Positions 57,506 to 64,000 of a stretch of DNA of 64,000 nt are shown here, piece by piece; positions within the stretch are counted from its first letter, which is position 1, and each line of letters begins with the position of its first letter. Made by a program: the position numbers and the translations under genes. The notes beneath the pieces are model-generated. The model was not told where the DNA came from. It saw nothing but the letters and a program-made list of their open reading frames with translations, and made no database searches. The DNA is taken from assembly GCA_040390065.1 (NCBI GenBank), contig JAZJZE010000001.1, positions 186,068 through 250,067 on the forward strand. Direction: 5' to 3'. This DNA comes from a bacterium. Lineage in GTDB: Archaea > Thermoplasmatota > E2 > JACPAO01 > JAHFTW01.

Positions 57506-59293
57506 ATGTCCGCAATCGTCGTGGGGCTCGTCGGTGCGAGCCTGGTGGCGTTGTTCGTCCCGGCAGTCGAGGGCCAGATTCCTGCCGGTTCGTTCGAGTT
57601 TCCCGTCGGCCTGACAGGACGCCCCGTGGACGAGCACAGCGCGGTCTGGGCGCGCAGCGGAATCTACATCTTCGGCGGCTGGGACGTGTACCCGACGAAC
57701 GCCATCCTGCGTTGGACGCCGGCTCCGGGGGTCCCGGTGGCGACGCAGGTCTCGGCCTTGCCGTGCGGCCTCACGGTCCAGACGAGTGCGGTCATGGTCG
57801 GCCCGTTCGCCTACGTCGTGGGACTCGGCTGCATCGTCCGCTTTGACCCGGCCACCAACGGGGCGACGGTGCTGCCCATCACGCTTCCCCACCCGGTGCG
57901 GTGGCCTGGCCTCGTGTGGACCGGCCGGTACCTGTACGTCTTCAGCGGCGACTTCGCGTCCGGCGTCATCCAGAAGGTGGATCCCGTGGCGATGACCGCC
58001 GTCGTCCTGGGCGTGTCGTTGCCGCGCGGCAGCATCGCTTTCAACGCCGGATGGGACGGGACCTACGCGTACGTCACCGGTGGCGGCGGAAGCGAGATCT
58101 ACCGCTTCGACCCGCAAGGCGGCGGTTCGGTCACGACGCTGCCCGTGGCGCTGCCCATGGCCGTCGGCGAGGCGGCCAGCGTGTGGGACGGCCAAGCCCT
58201 GTGGATTTTCGGCGGCGCGTGGGACTTGGCGGTCGTGCAGCGCTTCGACCCGGTGGCCATGGCCGTGACGACGGAGAATCCCGTCATGCCGGCCGCCGAC
58301 GACGCGGCGGTGTACGATGGCTGCAACAGCGCTTACATCATTGGCTCCGATCCGCAGTTGACGCCCGAGGCGGGCGGACTCATTCGGCGGTATGGGCTCC
58401 CGACCTCATCCACTTCGGCCTGCGCGGTCACGTCGGAGCCGCCACAGGCGTCCGCGAAATGGATCGTGGCCAACTCCGCATGTGATGGCACGACCGTCCA
58501 GTTCAGCGACGCCTCCACTCCAGGGTCGTTCCCGATTGTGGGTTGGAGCTGGGCCTTCGGCGACGGCGGGACGAGCACCGACGCGGACCCCGCGCATATG
58601 TATTCCGGGCCTGGCGACTACGGCGTCACCGAATCCGTCGAGGACGCCAACGGCACGGTTTCGACGTTCGCCGTGACCATCACGACGAGCTTGCCGGGGC
58701 CGTGCATCGCGCCGACGTTGTCCCAGGACAACCCGCGTGCCCCGCGGCCGCCCCATGACGGCGTCGATGCCGGCCTCGCGAGCGGGGACATGGACGGCGA
58801 CAGCGTCGCAGACCGGCGCGACGACTGCCCTTTCATCGCCAACTCGGGCCAGGCCGACGCGGACGCAGACCTGGTGGGCGATGCCTGCGACGGCGACATC
58901 GACGGCGATGGGCTCGCAAACGCGCAGGACAACTGTCCAGACGCGTCGAATCCGGAGCAACCCGACGGCGACGGCGATGGCGTGGGGGACGCCTGCGACG
59001 GCGACATCGACGGCGACGGCGTGGCCAACCTTGTGGACGACTGCCCGACATTCGCCGACCGGGGCCAGTCGGATGCGGATGGCAACGGCGTCGGCGACGC
59101 GTGCCAAGTCACGAGTCTCCAGGCGGGCGCGGGCCCAGACACGTCGGCAAGCCGCATCCCGCTGGAACGGAGGGTCGTGGCGGTGCAGCCCCCGGCAAGC
59201 GATGCTGGGCATCCCGACACTGGGGGACTTGCTGCGGCCTTGCTCGCGGTGGCCGGGGCGTCTGCCCTTGTGGTCTGGCGCCGCAGGGTCTAG
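57506..59293 (+). CDS. Kelch + PKD + TSP3 surface protein with a C-terminal anchor
   Basis: IYIFGG / YVTGG / WIFGG Kelch repeats, WSWAFGDG (PKD), TSP3 repeats, TM followed by WRRR. Confidence 0.87.
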   Translation: MSAIVVGLVGASLVALFVPAVEGQIPAGSFEFPVGLTGRPVDEHSAVWARSGIYIFGGWDVYPTNAILRWTPAPGVPVATQVSALPCGLTVQTSAVMVGPFAYVVGLGCIVRFDPATNGATVLPITLPHPVRWPGLVWTGRYLYVFSGDFASGVIQKVDPVAMTAVVLGVSLPRGSIAFNAGWDGTYAYVTGGGGSEIYRFDPQGGGSVTTLPVALPMAVGEAASVWDGQALWIFGGAWDLAVVQRFDPVAMAVTTENPVMPAADDAAVYDGCNSAYIIGSDPQLTPEAGGLIRRYGLPTSSTSACAVTSEPPQASAKWIVANSACDGTTVQFSDASTPGSFPIVGWSWAFGDGGTSTDADPAHMYSGPGDYGVTESVEDANGTVSTFAVTITTSLPGPCIAPTLSQDNPRAPRPPHDGVDAGLASGDMDGDSVADRRDDCPFIANSGQADADADLVGDACDGDIDGDGLANAQDNCPDASNPEQPDGDGDGVGDACDGDIDGDGVANLVDDCPTFADRGQSDADGNGVGDACQVTSLQAGAGPDTSASRIPLERRVVAVQPPASDAGHPDTGGLAAALLAVAGASALVVWRRRV

Positions 59294-59490
59294 TCCGCCG
59301 GACCGGGCGCGCCGCCGGTCGCCCCTCCATCGGTCCCATTGGTTTCACTCGCCCCTGGCCCATGCTTTCAACTGTTGGGGTGGCATGGTGGAACTGGGAC
59401 GCATTCTGGCCTGAGCGACGCAGGTCAACAAGGCAGGGTGCTTCCGACCACTTGCGGCCACGACAACCACCGGCCGCGGAGACAACCAAC

Positions 59491-60861
59491 ATGCCAGCCA
59501 ACCTGCAAACCGCCCATCCGGCCCCCGGCGCCCGCGCCGACCTGGCCGCCCACCTCGAGACCATCAAGAAGGCCATCGGACCCAAGGCCGCGGACCTCGA
59601 CGAACAGGACCTCAAGGACGAACTCGCGAAGTACCTCGAATACGGCGTCCCGATCGACCAGGCCGTGAAGACCATCCTGCGGCATCACGGCGTGGCGCCG
59701 ACGGCCACGAGCCGGCCGACGGGTCCGGTCTCGCAGGAGCGCCTCGCCCTCGCCAAGCTGCCGCCGCAGAGCCCGTTCGTCAACCTCAAGGTGCGCATCA
59801 TCACGCTGCAGTCCAAGCCCGTCACGGCGCGCGGCGAGCAGAAGGACATCCTTTGGGGCCTTCTCGGCGACGAATCCGGCACCGCCCCGTACACGTCATG
59901 GCGCCCGCTGGAGGGTCTTGCCAAGGGTGACGTGATCGAGATCCAAGGCGCCTACACGAAGGAGTTCAACGGCCAAGTCCAGGTCAACTTCGGCGACCGT
60001 ACCCGCATCCAGAAGGTCGCAGACGACCTGCCGCGCTCGCCCGTGACGTATCAGGACATGGCCATCGGCGAGCTTCGCGAAGGCTCGCGCGGCATCCGGA
60101 TCACGGGGCGCATCCTCGACGTCGCTCCCCGCCAACTCACCGTGCAGGGCCAACCCAAAACGGTCTACAGCGGCGCCGTCGCGGACGCGTCGGGCAAGAT
60201 CGAGTTCACGTCCTGGGCCGACCACTCGCTCGCCGCCGGCCAGGCCGTGACCATCGAGGGTGGCTACGTGCGCGCCTACCGCGGTGTCGCCTCGCTCAAC
60301 TTCGACGCCGACGCCAAGGTGACGCCGGCCGCGATCGACCTGCCCTCGGCCGACATCCTGGCCGTCCGGCCGCCCCTGGCCATCCGCGAGCTCCTGGCAC
60401 GCGGTGGCGGGTCCGACCTCCTCGTCGTCGGCAGCCTGCTCGAAGTCCGCCCCGGCTCCGGGCTGGTCCTGCGCTGTTCCCAGCCGGGCTGCACGCGCGT
60501 GCTGGCGGCGGGAATGTGCCGTCTCCACAACAAGGTGGATGGCGTGCCCGACATCCGGTTGAAGGCCATCGTCGACGACGGCACTGGCGCCCTCAACGTC
60601 GTGGCTGGCCGCGAAGTCACCGAAACCCTCCTTGGCAAGTCCCTCGAGCAGTGCAAGAAGGAGGCGCAGGATGCGTTCCGCCCCGACCTCATCCAGGAAC
60701 AACTCAAGGAGAAGCTCACGGCCCGCGTCTTCGCCGTGCGGGGCAACGCGTTGTCCGACGATTTCGGCGTCACGTTCATCGTGCGTTCCATGACGCCGCA
60801 CACCGAAGACCGGACCGCTGCCGCCCAGGCCTTGGCCGTCACGCTGGAGGCGCTGGCATGA
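59491..60861 (+). CDS. replication protein A (multi-OB fold with Zn finger)
   Basis: GLLGDESG, ADASGKIEFTSW, C..PGC...C..H Zn finger, LKAIVDDGTG. Confidence 0.9.
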   Translation: MPANLQTAHPAPGARADLAAHLETIKKAIGPKAADLDEQDLKDELAKYLEYGVPIDQAVKTILRHHGVAPTATSRPTGPVSQERLALAKLPPQSPFVNLKVRIITLQSKPVTARGEQKDILWGLLGDESGTAPYTSWRPLEGLAKGDVIEIQGAYTKEFNGQVQVNFGDRTRIQKVADDLPRSPVTYQDMAIGELREGSRGIRITGRILDVAPRQLTVQGQPKTVYSGAVADASGKIEFTSWADHSLAAGQAVTIEGGYVRAYRGVASLNFDADAKVTPAAIDLPSADILAVRPPLAIRELLARGGGSDLLVVGSLLEVRPGSGLVLRCSQPGCTRVLAAGMCRLHNKVDGVPDIRLKAIVDDGTGALNVVAGREVTETLLGKSLEQCKKEAQDAFRPDLIQEQLKEKLTARVFAVRGNALSDDFGVTFIVRSMTPHTEDRTAAAQALAVTLEALA

Positions 60862-61838
60862 GCGACGTTGCCGGGGACGCGGAGAAACCCGTCCGCATCG
60901 CCCGGGAAGCCGCCCACCGCGTCTTTGCCGTCGAGTTCAATGCCAGCCGCCAGGAGATGAAGGGCCAAGGCGAGAAGGACCCAAGCTACCTCGTCACGCC
61001 CCTCGGGGCCAAGATCAACCGCCTGCACGTCGTCGGTGTCTGCACCGACATCGAGCCGGTGGGCGAATCCGGGGAGGTATGGCGGGCCCGCGTCAGCGAC
61101 CCGACAGGCATCTTCACGGTCTACGCCGGCAACTATCAGCCGGAGGCCGCACAGGCGCTGTCGCAGCTCAAGCCGCCGCAGTACGTTGCGGTCACGGGAA
61201 AGGCGCGCACGTACGAACCCGAGCCGGGGTCCGTCTTCGTCTCCATTCGACCGGAATCCGTGACGGTCGTCGACCAGGCGACCCGCGACCAGTGGATCCT
61301 CGACACGGGTCGGCGCACGGCCGACCGCCTGAAGGCTGCCGCCGCGGCCGCAACGGGGGCAGAGGCCGACGCCATGGTGGCGCAGGGGATCTCCAGGCCC
61401 GCCGCGGAAGGTGCCGTCCTCGCCCGCGGCCACTACGGGCCGGCCGACACCGCCAGGTTCCGGGACATGACGCGCAAGGCCGTTTCGCACTTGTTGCCGG
61501 GTGGCGAAGTGCCGGTCCATCGCCTCGAGCCGGTCCCCGGCCGCGACGCGACGGCGGCAGTACCGGAGCCGAGCCAGGCCTCGTGGAAGCCGCCCGCGGG
61601 GCCGGTCAAGCCGAGCGCGGAACAGGAGGCGGCGACGGAGGCGTTGGACAACGCGGTCCTCGCGGCAGTGCAGCGCCTGGAGGGAGCGAAGGGCGCCCGC
61701 TGGGATGACGTCCTGTCGACCGCGACCGGCGCCGCCGGTGCCGGCGTGTCCGCCGAAGACGTCGAGGAGGCCCTCAACCGTTTGATGGACAAGGGCCTCG
61801 TCTACGAGCCGACGTTGGGCGTCCTGAAGACGACGTAG
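60858..61838 (+). CDS. RPA-associated protein (RPA32-like/COG3390)
   Basis: REAAHRVFAVEF, VTPLGAKINR, RVSDPTG.F.VYAGNYQP, C-terminal winged helix GLVYEP; ATGA overlap with RPA. Confidence 0.9.
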   Translation: MSDVAGDAEKPVRIAREAAHRVFAVEFNASRQEMKGQGEKDPSYLVTPLGAKINRLHVVGVCTDIEPVGESGEVWRARVSDPTGIFTVYAGNYQPEAAQALSQLKPPQYVAVTGKARTYEPEPGSVFVSIRPESVTVVDQATRDQWILDTGRRTADRLKAAAAAATGAEADAMVAQGISRPAAEGAVLARGHYGPADTARFRDMTRKAVSHLLPGGEVPVHRLEPVPGRDATAAVPEPSQASWKPPAGPVKPSAEQEAATEALDNAVLAAVQRLEGAKGARWDDVLSTATGAAGAGVSAEDVEEALNRLMDKGLVYEPTLGVLKTT

Positions 61839-61846
61839 GGCGCCTT

Positions 61847-62446
61847 CTACTCCCCTTTCTCCAACTTTCCCTCGATGTCGAACACGTGGGCACCGACCTT
61901 CAGGCCCTCCGCCTCGTCGTCCGGGATGGCTTCCTTCTCGGCGCGTTCACCGAGGATGGCGGAATTGCCGAACGGATCCTCGAGCACCACGGTGACGGGC
62001 CCCGTGCGGCCGTCCCGCAGGCCACCGAGGATGTCCTGCAGGTCCATGATGCGCACCTTCATCGCATCGTCGTCGGCGTCACGGCCCAACTGGTCGAGCA
62101 CGCGTTCGACGCGCACCAGGATGCCTTCGATGTTGGAGACGAACGCCTCCGATGCCACCCCGGGCTCGATGAGGATGCCCAGTTCGGGGATGCGGATCGT
62201 GCCGGAGGATGACCGCACGACGCGCACCATCATGTCGTCCGCGACCCGCACGATGTAGCGGTACCGCATGGGGGCCTTGTGGTCGGTGAGGACGAAGTCG
62301 GTGTGCCGGTAGCCGCAGGCGAGGCACCGCAGCATCGTCTCGAGGGATTGGCCCAAGTACGGAAGATCGACCGGCTCCGCCGTGTATTCGAGGCCCCGCC
62401 CGCCGCAGGCCGGGCAGAGGGCGTCCTCGAGCAGGGTCCGGACCAC
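61847..62446 (-). CDS. ZPR1 zinc-finger protein
   Basis: CPAC...CLACGYR, VVRSSSGTIRIPELG, SNIEG, EDPFGNS. Confidence 0.93.
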   Translation of the reverse strand: MVRTLLEDALCPACGGRGLEYTAEPVDLPYLGQSLETMLRCLACGYRHTDFVLTDHKAPMRYRYIVRVADDMMVRVVRSSSGTIRIPELGILIEPGVASEAFVSNIEGILVRVERVLDQLGRDADDDAMKVRIMDLQDILGGLRDGRTGPVTVVLEDPFGNSAILGERAEKEAIPDDEAEGLKVGAHVFDIEGKLEKGE

Positions 62447-62514
62447 GGCTACCGCCCAGTGGAGCGCTTAGAAAAGATTTGGGACGGGCCCGCTGCCCGC
62501 CCGATGTGCGGGAA

Positions 62515-62892
62515 CTACTTTCCGCCGCGCGCCTTGTGCCGGTCGATGCGCACGCCGGTGGGGGCGATGATGAGCATCGTCTTGCCGAGGCCGGCGATGT
62601 CGCCGTTGATGTCGGTGACCAGCTTCTTGAGGTCGCCCGTCACGCGGCGCAGCACGATTTCGTCCTGGGCGATGGGGGAGAAGTCCAGGAGCAGGAGGTT
62701 GCCTTGGTAAACGTAGTTGGCATACTCGCGCAGGTCCTCGTATTTCTGGATCTCCGCGACGCGCACCATCATGGTGGACGTGGCGTCAAACAGTTCCATC
62801 CCCGCGGTGGCCTCCTCGAGGTCAATGTAGTCCTTGCCGTCGGAGCGCGTCTTGGCGGCCGGCTTGGAGCTGAAAAGCGACTTGAGGCCCAT
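62515..62892 (-). CDS. sepF: cell division protein SepF (archaeal)
   Basis: N-terminal amphipathic MGLKSLF; DYIDL; VYQGNLLLLD; GDIAGLG..LIIAPTGVRIDR; usual position beside ZPR1. Confidence 0.9.
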   Translation of the reverse strand: MGLKSLFSSKPAAKTRSDGKDYIDLEEATAGMELFDATSTMMVRVAEIQKYEDLREYANYVYQGNLLLLDFSPIAQDEIVLRRVTGDLKKLVTDINGDIAGLGKTMLIIAPTGVRIDRHKARGGK

Positions 62893-62969
62893 ATGCATCC
62901 CTAGGTGTTGGACCTCGAGCCATCTGATAAAAGTTCGGACTTGCGCACGGCGTCGCCGCGGCCGGTTCG

Positions 62970-63476
62970 CTACGGCTCCAGGGTCCAGATCTTGTCTCCG
63001 AGATAGTGAATGGACTTCACGGCCTTGCCCTTGCCTCGCACCATGGCCGTTCCGGCGACGATGCACTTGCCGACCGCAAGCGGCTGCCCGTTCTTCTCGT
63101 CCTTGATCCAGCACCAGTCGCCGGGTTGAAGCTCGGGGTCGGCCGCCACGATGCCAGGCGCCATGATATCGGCGCCGTTCGCGACGAATCTCACGGCACC
63201 CATGTCGACGGTGACGGCTCGCGCCGTCGGCCGGTAGGCAAGCAGGCCACGCACCGTCAGGAACGCAGGTCCGGTCGGCCCGGGGCCATCCCAAAGTCCC
63301 AGCAGCTTGTTGTCGACGAGCAAGAGCGCCCGGTCGGCGAACTCGCCGCTCTCCAGGACTGCGCCCTCGGGCCAGAGTTTGGCTCCGCCGAGCGCAGCGG
63401 CGACTTGGGCCGTGAGGTCGCTGGATTCCTTGTTGCGCAGGCGCGCGCGGCGGCGGATGCGAGGCTCCTCGGACAC
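62970..63476 (-). CDS. PUA-domain RNA-binding protein (Tma20/DUF1947-like)
   Basis: VTVDMGAVRFVANGADIMAPGIV, GKAVKSIHYLGD. Confidence 0.9.
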   Translation of the reverse strand: MSEEPRIRRRARLRNKESSDLTAQVAAALGGAKLWPEGAVLESGEFADRALLLVDNKLLGLWDGPGPTGPAFLTVRGLLAYRPTARAVTVDMGAVRFVANGADIMAPGIVAADPELQPGDWCWIKDEKNGQPLAVGKCIVAGTAMVRGKGKAVKSIHYLGDKIWTLEP

Positions 63477-63558
63477 GAGTTGCGGCACGCCCCAAACGGT
63501 TATCAACACCCCCCTTGTCGCGCGAACTGCTTCGGGCTTCATGCCCAGGTGACTTCCC

Positions 63559-63720
63559 ATGGGAACCGGAACCCCCTCCATGCGCGGCGGACGCCGCACG
63601 CACATCCAGTGCCGCCGCTGCGGGCGCCACTCCTACCACCTCCAGAAGAAGGCGTGCTCCTCCTGTGGCTACGGCCGCATGGCGAAGCTACGCTCGTACA
63701 ACTGGGCCAAGTCCCACTAG
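63559..63720 (+). CDS. rpl37e: 50S ribosomal protein L37e (absent from the ORF track, 53 aa)
   Basis: [39 protein letters not shown]...SYNW. Confidence 0.96.
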   Translation: MGTGTPSMRGGRRTHIQCRRCGRHSYHLQKKACSSCGYGRMAKLRSYNWAKSH

Positions 63721-63767
63721 TCCGGGCCGGTCCAGTCTTAACATCCGCCTAGCGTAGCGGCCGCTGC

Positions 63768-63851
63768 GCAGAGGTAGCCAAGTCTGGTCAACGGCGCAGG
63801 ACTTAGGATCCTGTCCTTCGTGGTTCCCAGGTTCGAATCCTGGCCTCTGCA
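63768..63851 (+). tRNA. tRNA-Leu (TAG)
   Basis: GCAGAGG/CCTCTGC acceptor stem, CAGGA-CTTAGGA-TCCTG anticodon arm, GGTTCGAATCC T loop. Confidence 0.95.
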
Positions 63852-64000
63852 CTGCCGCGAGGCGCAGCCGCGGCCAGGGCGAGGACAGGTTCGCCGAGGG
63901 CCGCAGGCGCAAGGAATCCCCGAGGCCGCCGCAGCGACCTTGGGGTCGAATCCTGGCCTCTGCACTGCCGCGAGGCGCAGCCGCGGCCAGGGCGAGGACA
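63833..64000 (+). repeat. direct repeat including the tRNA-Leu 3' end (113-bp spacing, runs off the window)
   Basis: 63833-63887 is identical to 63946-64000. Confidence 0.9.

Overview
High-GC archaeal chromosome segment (GC judged by eye as roughly two-thirds). Archaeal markers are rpl15e, rpl37e, radA, an A-type ATP synthase, RPA with its associated protein, ZPR1 and SepF; an uncultured Thermoplasmatota-like lineage is my inference, not something the sequence proves. Housekeeping content: YchF (5'-partial), RadA, ATP synthase H-I-K-E-C-F-A...B (no D in the window), split transketolase, AguA/AguB, malic enzyme, a sulfurtransferase, ABC/MFS/APC transporters and three tRNAs (Leu-GAG, Ser-GCT, Leu-TAG). 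These are interleaved with many secreted, lipoprotein and surface genes. The most unusual items are: (1) a pair of secreted genes at 51661-54337 with an identical 13-nt leader motif and a related GNLT coiled coil, the second carrying about 16 CPxPC repeats and about 7 His/Met-rich repeats; (2) a 1542-aa protein upstream of radA with an HhH (DUF4332-like) head, a Zn ribbon and about 18 MinD/SepF-like amphipathic motifs; (3) two membrane-tethered winged-helix regulators with large extracellular domains; (4) an ATP synthase operon interrupted by an MNT-HEPN toxin-antitoxin pair and by a hairpin-forming 39-codon mini-ORF; (5) two families of dispersed palindromic elements, plus duplicated tRNA ends. 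I found no CRISPR array, transposase, integrase or intein. All protein family calls are from motif recognition only; no database searches were run.
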